Shown here piece by piece: positions 51,383 to 60,358 of a stretch of 64,000 nucleotides of DNA. The notes below the pieces were generated by a model, which saw only the letters and a program-made list of their open reading frames with translations, searched no databases and was not told where the DNA came from. Numbering within the stretch: the first letter of the stretch is position 1; each line of letters begins with the position of its first letter. A program made the translations under genes and the position numbers. Source of the DNA: a virus; IMG/VR virus record IMGVR_UViG_3300028829_005098, positions 51,416-115,415 of that record, one strand, 5' to 3'.

Positions 51383-52078
51383 ATGAGTTATTACAGAGAT
51401 TATCTTCGAAGAATGGTTGGTGGTGTTCGTGCAGGTAACAAACGACTACTAAAACCAGGTCAAATATGTACCTTTATGTACAATAACTCAACAATTGATG
51501 AGTCTATATCAAGACGAAAGTTTTACAGAATCATATTTGTATTAAATACATGGAAAGATACTAGAGGATTAAAACTTCACGCATTAAGTCTTGAGAATAT
51601 TCCTTGGACACGTTTTCGTGAATTTATTAAACGAATACTCGTTACGGATACACTTTCACTATTAAAAAGACGATATGAAATAAAAAGTCCAATCAATGAA
51701 TTAATCAACCGACCTCGTCCATTCTATGAATCTCATGTCAAGAAATTATTAAGTTTTGATTGTTATAGGACATACACATTAACAGAGATTAAAAATTGCA
51801 GAGTTGGATACCTTAATTTCTCATCTATGTTTTCTGATTATCAAAAAAAGGACACAATTATACGAAAAACCGATAATATATCCGATATAAAAATGGAACG
51901 TTCGGTTGTTGAGAGAAATTTAAATTTAAATTTATCAAAAATAAATGACAAGACATTTCGTTCAGCCATTATAGACAGATTTGGTAGTGTTGATAATTTC
52001 CTACAAGTATATAAAGATCTTGAAGAATTCATAAATGGAGTTGAAAATAAAGAGCAAACTGATAAGTTTAGATTATGA
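51383..52078 (+). CDS. hypothetical protein, weakly reminiscent of T4 gp2-type DNA end protectors
   Basis: PGQICTFMY..IIFVL..LHALSL..CYRTY pattern; weak. Confidence 0.4.
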   Translation: MSYYRDYLRRMVGGVRAGNKRLLKPGQICTFMYNNSTIDESISRRKFYRIIFVLNTWKDTRGLKLHALSLENIPWTRFREFIKRILVTDTLSLLKRRYEIKSPINELINRPRPFYESHVKKLLSFDCYRTYTLTEIKNCRVGYLNFSSMFSDYQKKDTIIRKTDNISDIKMERSVVERNLNLNLSKINDKTFRSAIIDRFGSVDNFLQVYKDLEEFINGVENKEQTDKFRL

Positions 52079-52704
52079 AAATTAGTTACGCAATCTGCAC
52101 TCACAACGAAGACGAAACACTATTAAATCTATTATATAGGATTAATGAATATTTAGATGCAGAAGATGAAATAGTTGTATTAGATGATTATTCTAACAAC
52201 TTAGAAACTCTAAAAATATTGGAATCACTCGGTAATGTTCATAAAAATAAATTAAACAAGGATTTTTCAAATCATAAAAATATATTGAATAGTAAGTGTA
52301 AAGGTGATTTTATATTTCAGTTAGATTCAGACGAACTTCCATCTAAACACCTAATGAAAAATATAAAAAAAATTATAGAGTTAAATGCAAAAAAAGATTT
52401 ATTTTATATACCAAGAACAAATAAAGTAAATGGAATAACACAAAAACATTTAAAAATGTATAAGTGGAAACTTGATAAATTTGGTAGAATAAACTATCCA
52501 GATTACCAAGGAAGACTTTTCAAAAACACTAAAACTATAAAGTGGACTCGTGCTTTACATGAACATATCATTGGACATACAAACTATACAAAGTTACCAA
52601 CTGACTCTAACTTAGAAATACATCATATAAAAGATATAAAAACACAGGAAAGAGCAAATCAGTTTTATAATGACAATTATACTGACGACTTTGAGATTAA
52701 ATGA
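52075..52704 (+). CDS. GT2 glycosyltransferase
   Basis: ISYAICTHNE, VVLDD, FQLDSDE, YPDYQGRLF, LHE. Confidence 0.9.
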   Translation: MKISYAICTHNEDETLLNLLYRINEYLDAEDEIVVLDDYSNNLETLKILESLGNVHKNKLNKDFSNHKNILNSKCKGDFIFQLDSDELPSKHLMKNIKKIIELNAKKDLFYIPRTNKVNGITQKHLKMYKWKLDKFGRINYPDYQGRLFKNTKTIKWTRALHEHIIGHTNYTKLPTDSNLEIHHIKDIKTQERANQFYNDNYTDDFEIK

Positions 52705-54374
52705 ACACAACTGATATAGCATTAGTATGTTGTTACTTTAATCCATGCAATTATGTATCAAAGTATTTTAACTTTCTTAACTTTTACAGAGAAATAATTG
52801 ATACAAAAAATTTACATCTTCATGTTGTAGAGTGTATACACACCAAATCAAAATTTAAAATAAGTGACAATTTAAATGTACATACAAAAGTGTATTGTAA
52901 TGAAATTTATTGGCAAAAAGAACAATTATTAAATCTAGGAATAAATAAACTTAAAAATGATTTTAAATATGTAGGGTGGGTAGATGGAGACATTCACATC
53001 ACCAACCCGTTTTGGATTAACAGAATAATCGAGTCACTTGAAGATAATAAAATAACTCAAATTTGTAAAAAAATTCTAAAAGAAACAAACTTTAAACAAG
53101 ACTATGAAGAAACGCACTCGGTTGCAAACTTTTTACAGACAACGGATGATGTTCAAAAACTTTTACACAACAGAATTGGAGAACCTGGATATGGATATGC
53201 TTATCACTCAGAATTATTCCACGACAAAAGTATGCCACTTTACGATAAGGCAATATGTGGCTCTGGTGACTTTTTAAATTTAGTAGGTTATCTTGATATT
53301 AAAGATATAGACAACTTCATTAATCACGATAGATTTTTTAACGGACTTGAATATGTAAAGCAGGACTTTATAGATTGGAGACGTAGAAATAAATTGGTAA
53401 AAAAAATTGGTTGTAGCAATAATCAAATAAAAATTACATACCACGGATCGGTAAAAAACAGAAAGTATATAACCCGAGAATCTATTTTAAAAAAAGCAAA
53501 ATATAATCCAATTATTGATGTTACTTACAATGAAAAGACGCAAATGTATAATATTACTAAAGATACACTTCGCAAATCAATATCTGGATATTTTCGTTCA
53601 AGACGTGAAGACGATTTTTTTGCATCAAGTATGAATTTATCACACTTTAAAAAACGAGTATATTCTTTAATCAAACATTATGACCAAAATTTTAATACAA
53701 ACGAAGATCCATTCTCTTTTTTAAAAAAAATAAAAACAGGACTCAAACCAAGTACGCAAAAAAAACTAAAAAACCAAACAGACTACATTTGCATTAAAAA
53801 CTACAAAGATGTAAAATTTACGGAAATCAATAAAGATGTAATTGTCGTTAATAATCTAGAAGAAGATACTAAAAAGAGTTATATAGAACAATATCTTAGA
53901 TATATAATAAACAATTATGATAATCTACCAACTACATTATGTTTAATTAATGAAGAATTTCCAAAGTCCTGGAAATTTCTAAATAAACAAATATCATTTC
54001 ATAATAAACAAAAACAACCAAAGTGCACCGTTGCATCTGAATATGAAATAGATATTGAGTTATCTAAAAACCTTCATGTAAAAATAGATGAAGAAATTGA
54101 AAGATCAAGATATAATTTTAAACAATGGCACTCAATATTTCTCGGGACATTTCCATATAGAATTCAACCAGTAAATGAATATGTAAAGTTAATTGACATA
54201 AATAAAAATTTATATGTAACCAAGAGTTGTGATAATAATTTTATAGTTTCAGGTGAAAGTATATTAAAAAACAAAAAAGAGTTTTATGAAAAAATATATT
54301 ACACAATTACAAAAAGAAATAACGAAGAAGAGTTCCTATATTTTAGAATGATATTTCCAAGAATATTTAAATGA
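52701..54374 (+). CDS. GT-A-fold glycosyltransferase-like protein with a second domain
   Basis: YWQKEQLLNLG..YVGWVDGD..GSGD..YHG; C-terminal YLRYIINNYDNLP segment. Confidence 0.6.
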   Translation: MNTTDIALVCCYFNPCNYVSKYFNFLNFYREIIDTKNLHLHVVECIHTKSKFKISDNLNVHTKVYCNEIYWQKEQLLNLGINKLKNDFKYVGWVDGDIHITNPFWINRIIESLEDNKITQICKKILKETNFKQDYEETHSVANFLQTTDDVQKLLHNRIGEPGYGYAYHSELFHDKSMPLYDKAICGSGDFLNLVGYLDIKDIDNFINHDRFFNGLEYVKQDFIDWRRRNKLVKKIGCSNNQIKITYHGSVKNRKYITRESILKKAKYNPIIDVTYNEKTQMYNITKDTLRKSISGYFRSRREDDFFASSMNLSHFKKRVYSLIKHYDQNFNTNEDPFSFLKKIKTGLKPSTQKKLKNQTDYICIKNYKDVKFTEINKDVIVVNNLEEDTKKSYIEQYLRYIINNYDNLPTTLCLINEEFPKSWKFLNKQISFHNKQKQPKCTVASEYEIDIELSKNLHVKIDEEIERSRYNFKQWHSIFLGTFPYRIQPVNEYVKLIDINKNLYVTKSCDNNFIVSGESILKNKKEFYEKIYYTITKRNNEEEFLYFRMIFPRIFK

Positions 54375-55240
54375 ACATAATATCAATACATTGCTTTCCA
54401 CATGAATTAGAACAATATAATCGTATTCTAAGTCAACTTAATTTATGCTTCGAGTATATTAAAAATAAAGATAATTTTAAAATAATTTCTTGTCTAAATT
54501 TAAACAAGACAATACTAGACATAGATAGTGAAGAGCAAGAAAAATATATATACATATATAAGAATACATCTAAGCAAAGTAAACTGCAAATTGAAACAAT
54601 AATACAAAAGAATGACAATTTTCTAGGAGTAAATGAACATAGACGACATACAATTAAAGAATCCAATGAAAATGATAATATTATTTTCCTTGATTGTGAT
54701 TTACACTTTAATAAAAAAATACTCGGTCATCTTGAAAACTCAATTGATAAAATAAAAAATATACTAGATTGGTATATAATCAGTCCAAGTCTTGTAAAAA
54801 TGTGGGACAACACATGGGATTGTTTGGTTAACGAAAACTACCTAAACAAACCACTCGGAATATGCAATTCGATCAAAAACCACGATGAGATTACAAACAG
54901 AGATTACGGAAAAATTTATTTATCACCCATAAGAACCTTCAAGTGGGGTGGTGGTTGGTTTAATTCAATATCCGCATCACTATTAAAACAAATAGGAATC
55001 CCAACTACATTTAAAGGTTATGGACCAGATGATACTTTTGCGATGGAATGTTGTAAACTTCTTAAAAAAGAAAAACATAAAATACAACAATTTAAAATAA
55101 ATAACTTGATTGTGTGCGAGAATAGAAATTTAATGTACACCGAGAAACAATTTCGTAAAAATATACCGAACTTTCGTGCAGAATCGGAAAAGAACTTTCA
55201 CTCAGAACTAAATAAATTTTATATAAAAATAAAAACTTAA
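54371..55240 (+). CDS. GT-A-fold glycosyltransferase-like protein
   Basis: IIFLDCD (DxD) and FKGYGPDDTF. Confidence 0.65.
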   Translation: MNIISIHCFPHELEQYNRILSQLNLCFEYIKNKDNFKIISCLNLNKTILDIDSEEQEKYIYIYKNTSKQSKLQIETIIQKNDNFLGVNEHRRHTIKESNENDNIIFLDCDLHFNKKILGHLENSIDKIKNILDWYIISPSLVKMWDNTWDCLVNENYLNKPLGICNSIKNHDEITNRDYGKIYLSPIRTFKWGGGWFNSISASLLKQIGIPTTFKGYGPDDTFAMECCKLLKKEKHKIQQFKINNLIVCENRNLMYTEKQFRKNIPNFRAESEKNFHSELNKFYIKIKT

Positions 55241-55251
55241 TATATATTATT

Positions 55252-56061
55252 ATGAAATGTGCTAAAAAAATAGCAATATCCATTGTTTTATTTAGTTTAT
55301 TATTTACACAGGGTTGCATATCAGTTTCTAATTGGGGTCTAAAACAAGATAGAACGGAAATTGCAGGACAATTAAACAGACATGAATCAGAACTTGAACG
55401 TCATGTTCGTTCATATGTAACCGGAACGGTAGATGCACTTGCATTGTCGGATGATAAATCAAGTGAAGATATAGTTGCACTTAATTTAGCAAAAAAGGCA
55501 CAAGAAATAGTGGGGTTACCGAAACCTGGTGACAAAATTCATGTTATAGACTTAATAAACAAAAATGAGTCGGCACTGGAAAATATAGATGACCGAGAAC
55601 TTGATGTAATAAAATTACACAGAAGAAAAGAAGTGCTTGGTTATGATCTAAAAGACACAGAAGAAAAACTTATTAGTTTAGGTGAATTAAAAGCAAAAGA
55701 ACAAAAAGAAGGATTCTTTGACAGAATTTGGGCATGGTTAACAGGAACTTTTGGATTTATCGGAGCAATTGTTGCCATAGTGTTATTAGGACCTGCAATG
55801 CTTCCTATACTTACACAATTCATTGGATATTTTGTAGCAAAAATTCCTGGACTTATAGCATGGTTTGGAATCACAAGCAGTCAGTTAACTACTAACATAA
55901 TTCGTGGAGTAAACGATGCAAAGCAAAAAATAAGATCTGCGGACGAGGAAAAGAAATTTACAAAAAACGAAGTATTAAATATATTCGGAAACTCACTTGG
56001 TAATAGCACCAATGTTTCTGATAAAAACGCAATTGACAGAATAAAAAGAAAATTCAAATAA
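55252..56061 (+). CDS. lipoprotein with coiled coil and C-proximal TM segments
   Basis: Signal peptide ending LLFTQG-C; hydrophobic IWAWLTGTFGFIGAIVAIVLLGP. Confidence 0.6.
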   Translation: MKCAKKIAISIVLFSLLFTQGCISVSNWGLKQDRTEIAGQLNRHESELERHVRSYVTGTVDALALSDDKSSEDIVALNLAKKAQEIVGLPKPGDKIHVIDLINKNESALENIDDRELDVIKLHRRKEVLGYDLKDTEEKLISLGELKAKEQKEGFFDRIWAWLTGTFGFIGAIVAIVLLGPAMLPILTQFIGYFVAKIPGLIAWFGITSSQLTTNIIRGVNDAKQKIRSADEEKKFTKNEVLNIFGNSLGNSTNVSDKNAIDRIKRKFK

Positions 56062-56132
56062 TTCATATCCATCTTATATTTATAAAAAAAGGTTATACGC
56101 AAATATAATTTAAAAGATGGAGAGTGCGTTTA

Positions 56133-56969
56133 ATGAGAGTAGGAGTAGTTGGTAATGGATTTGTAGGTCACGCAATGACCTTATTAAGACCATATGTAGA
56201 TGTATTGGTATGGGATATAGAAGAAGAAAAAAGAGAACCAAAGAATTTAACATTTGATAGTTTCGTAAGTGATTCCGAGATAATTTTCGTAGCAGTACCC
56301 ACTCCTATGAATTCAGACGGGAGTTGTAATCTTGATATTGTAAGAAGTGTATGCGAAGAAATACAAGAACACGCTGATACAAAACATATCGTACTTCGTT
56401 CAACTGTTTTACCTGGTACAAGTGAAGAACTAGATGTTGCATTTATGCCGGAGTTTCTTACTGAAAAAAATTGGAAAACTGATTTTAAAAACTGCGATCA
56501 ATGGATACTTGGTTCTGATGATTTATTTTTATATGAAAAAATGAAAAGAATGTTTGAACTTGCATATAACAATGGAAACGGAAGTATAATAAATAAAGAA
56601 GTGATTCAATGTAAGTCATCTGAAGCGGAAATGATAAAATATGTAAAAAATGTTTTTCTAAGTGTTAAGGTAGGTTTCTTTAACGAAATGGAAAATATAT
56701 GCGATGAACTTGATATTAACTACGAAAATGTAAGATGTATAGCAACTGACGATAAACGGATTGGTTCTGGTCACACGAAAGTTCCAGGGCACGATGGAAA
56801 GAGAGGATTCGGAGGAACTTGTTTTCCAAAAGATACAAACGCACTTGCAAAATTTGCTAAAGATGAAGCAATACCAACTCCTATATTAAACTCGGTAATA
56901 AAAAGAAACGAAGAACTTGATCGTCCCGAGAAAGATTGGAAAACAAACAAAGGAAGGGCAGTTACATGA
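56133..56969 (+). CDS. ugd: UDP-glucose/GDP-mannose 6-dehydrogenase (short form)
   Basis: GNGFVG, FVAVPTP, RSTVLPG, PEFL, AEMIKY..N, GFGGTCFPKD; ATATTTAT at 56076-56083. Confidence 0.9.
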   Translation: MRVGVVGNGFVGHAMTLLRPYVDVLVWDIEEEKREPKNLTFDSFVSDSEIIFVAVPTPMNSDGSCNLDIVRSVCEEIQEHADTKHIVLRSTVLPGTSEELDVAFMPEFLTEKNWKTDFKNCDQWILGSDDLFLYEKMKRMFELAYNNGNGSIINKEVIQCKSSEAEMIKYVKNVFLSVKVGFFNEMENICDELDINYENVRCIATDDKRIGSGHTKVPGHDGKRGFGGTCFPKDTNALAKFAKDEAIPTPILNSVIKRNEELDRPEKDWKTNKGRAVT

Positions 56970-57955
56970 GCATAGAATATGATTTATTCAACGGAGATGC
57001 CGATGGCATTATAAGTGTACATCAGTATAGAATGTTTAAACCCAAGAAAACCAATTTAATTTCAGGAATAAAACGAGATGTTACTTTGTTAAGACATTGT
57101 GATTCTATAAAAAACACTAAAATTAATGTATTTGATATATCGGTGCTATCAAACGAAGAATATATTGATTCCATTTTAAAGAAAAATAATAAAATCATTT
57201 GGTATGACCACCATGAAACAGGTGGCAGAGTCAGTGCAGATAATATTAAAATTAGTGTAGATACTGACCCAAATACGTGTACAAATATTATTGTAGATAA
57301 AACACTCGGTGGAATTTATCGTCCTTGGACAATATGCGGAGCATACGGAGATAATTTACACGATAAAGCAAACGAGTTAAATCTTAGTTTTAGTAAAGAG
57401 CAAATGAAAATTTTTCAAGAAGTTGGTGAAACTTTAAACTATAATGGATATGGACTAAAAATTGAAGACTTAAATGCTAATCCAAAAGATGTATTATTAG
57501 ACTTAATGAATTACGAATCACCATTTGAGTATCATGCTAAGTCGAAGTTATTTAATAAAATAAAAAATCAAATGAAACTTGATAGAGAAAAACTTGAAAG
57601 TAGTGAAATGTTACATAAATCCCACGCAGGTGAAGTTTTATTATTACCAAATGGACAAGAAGCAACAAGATACTCAGGCATATTTAGCAATAAAAAATCC
57701 ACCGATAATCCAGACCAAGCATTTGCGATTATTACGCACGGAAATAATGATACATATCGTGTAAGCATTCGTTCACCACAAAATAATCCAACTGGAGCAA
57801 GTAAACTTGCACTTCGTTTTCCAAGTGGAGGGGGTCGTGAAAAGGCCGCAGGAATAAACGAACTTCCGAAAAATAAATTAAAAAGTTTTATAGATAATTT
57901 TTGCCAAGTATATGCCAATCATGATGTAGGTAAAATTAATAAATTCAAAAAATGA
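56966..57955 (+). CDS. DHH-family phosphoesterase
   Basis: NGDADG, FDIS, YDHH, VSIR, GGGREKAAGIN. Confidence 0.85.
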   Translation: MSIEYDLFNGDADGIISVHQYRMFKPKKTNLISGIKRDVTLLRHCDSIKNTKINVFDISVLSNEEYIDSILKKNNKIIWYDHHETGGRVSADNIKISVDTDPNTCTNIIVDKTLGGIYRPWTICGAYGDNLHDKANELNLSFSKEQMKIFQEVGETLNYNGYGLKIEDLNANPKDVLLDLMNYESPFEYHAKSKLFNKIKNQMKLDREKLESSEMLHKSHAGEVLLLPNGQEATRYSGIFSNKKSTDNPDQAFAIITHGNNDTYRVSIRSPQNNPTGASKLALRFPSGGGREKAAGINELPKNKLKSFIDNFCQVYANHDVGKINKFKK

Positions 57956-58575
57956 TAATTTCACACAAACATAAGTTTATATTTTTTAAACCTTGGAAAG
58001 TTGGTGGTGCGAGTGTTGAGCATAATTTAATTAATTTATGCGATGAAAACGACATTATAGATAACACACACAGAAATCCATTAGACACAAAAGATATAAT
58101 TGGAGAAAAACTATTTAACGAATATTTTAAATTCTCAATTGTAAGAAATCCGTGGGATAGAATGGTTTCTTATTTTTGGTGGCAAGATGGTGGTTTGGTC
58201 GGAGACAATCACCGTGATAATATTGACAAATTACTAAAATTAAAATTCAATGGATACGAATTTAAAGAGCAATTTGCAAAGTGGGTTGGTAATTATTCAC
58301 ACTTCAATCAACCATTTTATTTTGATGAAAATGGAAAACCAATAATGGATTTTTATATGAAATTTGAAAGTCTTGATACACACTATAAGACTATTTGTAA
58401 AAAACTAAAACTAGAGTATAAAAGTCTAAAAAAAATAGGAGCATTTCCTTTCAAAAAGAAAAATGAAAAATATTGGAAATACTACAATTATGAATCAGGT
58501 GCAACAATAGCACACAGACACAGAAAAACAATTAAAATGTTTAATTACTATTGTGGACCTAGAAAACGAATTTGA
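57952..58575 (+). CDS. sulfotransferase (Sulfotransfer_2-like)
   Basis: KFIFFKPWKVGGASVE (5'-PSB) and FSIVRNPWDRMVS (3'-PB), KFESL. Confidence 0.8.
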   Translation: MIISHKHKFIFFKPWKVGGASVEHNLINLCDENDIIDNTHRNPLDTKDIIGEKLFNEYFKFSIVRNPWDRMVSYFWWQDGGLVGDNHRDNIDKLLKLKFNGYEFKEQFAKWVGNYSHFNQPFYFDENGKPIMDFYMKFESLDTHYKTICKKLKLEYKSLKKIGAFPFKKKNEKYWKYYNYESGATIAHRHRKTIKMFNYYCGPRKRI

Positions 58576-58622
58576 ATTGATATTTATACATAAATTATTT
58601 AAACTATTTTAAGGATATAAAA

Positions 58623-58994
58623 ATGAACGAACAAGACGAAAGTATAAGACCTTGGGGAAACTATGAGATTCTCCTAGACGAAGAGTATTGTAAAGTAAAA
58701 CGAATCTTTGTAAAACCTGGGCAAAGACTAAGTTATCAGTATCACTATAAAAGACAAGAAGCATGGACGGTAGTAGCAGGTACCGCAAGAATTACTCTTG
58801 ATGGTGAAACACGAGATTTTGAAGCAGGAGACACGGTTTTTATAGCACAAGGATCACATCACAGAATGGCAAATCCAAGTGACGATGAGATGATGATTTT
58901 GATTGAAGTTCAAACAGGATCTTATTTCGGTGAAGATGATATTGTTCGTGTTCAAGACGACTATGATCGTCCAGAAAAACACGAATCGGAGTAA
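58623..58994 (+). CDS. cupin, mannose-6-phosphate isomerase type II C-terminal domain
   Basis: RPWGNY..VKRI.VKPGQRLSYQYH..RQEAW..HR..IEVQTGSYFGEDDIVR; ATATTTAT at 58580-58587. Confidence 0.9.
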   Translation: MNEQDESIRPWGNYEILLDEEYCKVKRIFVKPGQRLSYQYHYKRQEAWTVVAGTARITLDGETRDFEAGDTVFIAQGSHHRMANPSDDEMMILIEVQTGSYFGEDDIVRVQDDYDRPEKHESE

Positions 58995-58998
58995 TTTT

Positions 58999-59406
58999 AT
59001 GAAAACAGTTGCGGTTAGTGGATACTTTGACCCAATTCATGTAGGGCATCTTGAATATCTTGAGTTGGCAAAGAAACTCGGTGATCGTCTTGTCGTTATC
59101 GTAAACAACAATCATCAATGTGTTCTTAAAAAAGGCAAACCTTTCATGGACGAAGCAGACCGAGTAAAAATTGTAGAAGCACTTGGTATTGTAGATGAAG
59201 CATTTTTAAGCATAGACACAGACAAAAGTGTATGTGCTTCTTTGGATGCAATTAAACCCGACATCTTTGCAAATGGTGGAGATAGAAGCACAGGAGAAGT
59301 TCCAGAAAGTGTTATATGCAAAAAACATAACATTCAAATGGTTGATGGACTTGGAGATAAAATAAGAAGTTCAAGTGATTTAACAGGACTCAAAGAAAAA
59401 AAGTAA
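58999..59406 (+). CDS. cytidylyltransferase-like nucleotidyltransferase (TagD/RfaE-II-like)
   Basis: SGYFDPIHVGH, KKGKPFM, FANGGDR, KIRSSS; ATG 58999. Confidence 0.85.
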   Translation: MKTVAVSGYFDPIHVGHLEYLELAKKLGDRLVVIVNNNHQCVLKKGKPFMDEADRVKIVEALGIVDEAFLSIDTDKSVCASLDAIKPDIFANGGDRSTGEVPESVICKKHNIQMVDGLGDKIRSSSDLTGLKEKK

Positions 59407-60312
59407 ATGCATAAAGTCCTAGTAACCGGTGGTGCGGGTTTCGTAGGAACTGCACTTATCAAAAAACTTTTAAGAAAGTATAAGAATATACAGATTGTTA
59501 GCATTGACAATTATAGCAGTGGTTACGAAAGCAATCATGTTAAAAGTAAACGAGTTACTTATTTGAACAAAGATACTCAGACATTGATTCCACAAAAATT
59601 TGATGTCAATAACACCAAGTCAGATATTGCAGATACATTTGAACCCGATGTTGTGTTTCACTTCGGTGAGTTCTCACGAATCGTTACAAGTTTTGATGCT
59701 TTTGATAATTGTTGGGACTATAATATGCAAGGAACAAAAATGGTTCTTGATTATTGTGTAGCAAAAAAAGCAAAGTTAATTTACTCTGCAAGTTCAAGTA
59801 AGTTTGGTAACGATGGCAAAGACGAAAACCTTTCTCCGTATGCGTGGATGAAAGCAAAAATGGTTGAACTTATAAACAACTATGCAGATTGGTTTGATCT
59901 CAAATTTGAAATTACATATTTCTATAATGCTTATGGTCCCGGTCAAGTAAGAACAGGTGATTATGCAACCGTAATTGGAATTTTTGAAGAACAATATTCC
60001 AAAGGAGAACCACTTACAGTTGTAGAACCTGGAATTCAATCAAGAGATTTTACACATATTGATGATATTGTTAGTGGTGTCGTATTGGCCGCAGAAAAGG
60101 GTCAGCAGAACGAATATCCTCTTGGAACAGGAATTCCACATAAAATAGTGGATGTTGCTAAAATGTTTAACACAGAATATGTAATGATACCAGAAAGACG
60201 TGGAGAAAGATTCTATGGAAAAGCAATTCCATCATTAACTTACCAACATCTTGGTTGGGAAGCAAAAATCAAACTAGAAGATTATATAGCAGATATAATC
60301 AATAAGAAATAA
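59407..60312 (+). CDS. NAD-dependent nucleotide-sugar epimerase/dehydratase
   Basis: VTGGAGFVG, YSASSS, YAWMK (YxxxK), YNAYGP, RDFTHIDD. Confidence 0.9.
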   Translation: MHKVLVTGGAGFVGTALIKKLLRKYKNIQIVSIDNYSSGYESNHVKSKRVTYLNKDTQTLIPQKFDVNNTKSDIADTFEPDVVFHFGEFSRIVTSFDAFDNCWDYNMQGTKMVLDYCVAKKAKLIYSASSSKFGNDGKDENLSPYAWMKAKMVELINNYADWFDLKFEITYFYNAYGPGQVRTGDYATVIGIFEEQYSKGEPLTVVEPGIQSRDFTHIDDIVSGVVLAAEKGQQNEYPLGTGIPHKIVDVAKMFNTEYVMIPERRGERFYGKAIPSLTYQHLGWEAKIKLEDYIADIINKK

Positions 60313-60318
60313 TTCAGG

Positions 60319-60347
60319 TTGACTTTTTTTATAATATATCCTATACT
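60319..60347 (+). promoter_or_regulatory. near-consensus sigma70 promoter
   Basis: TTGACT-N17-TATACT, 11 nt upstream of the MTase ATG. Confidence 0.75.
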
Positions 60348-60358
60348 AATAGGGATAA

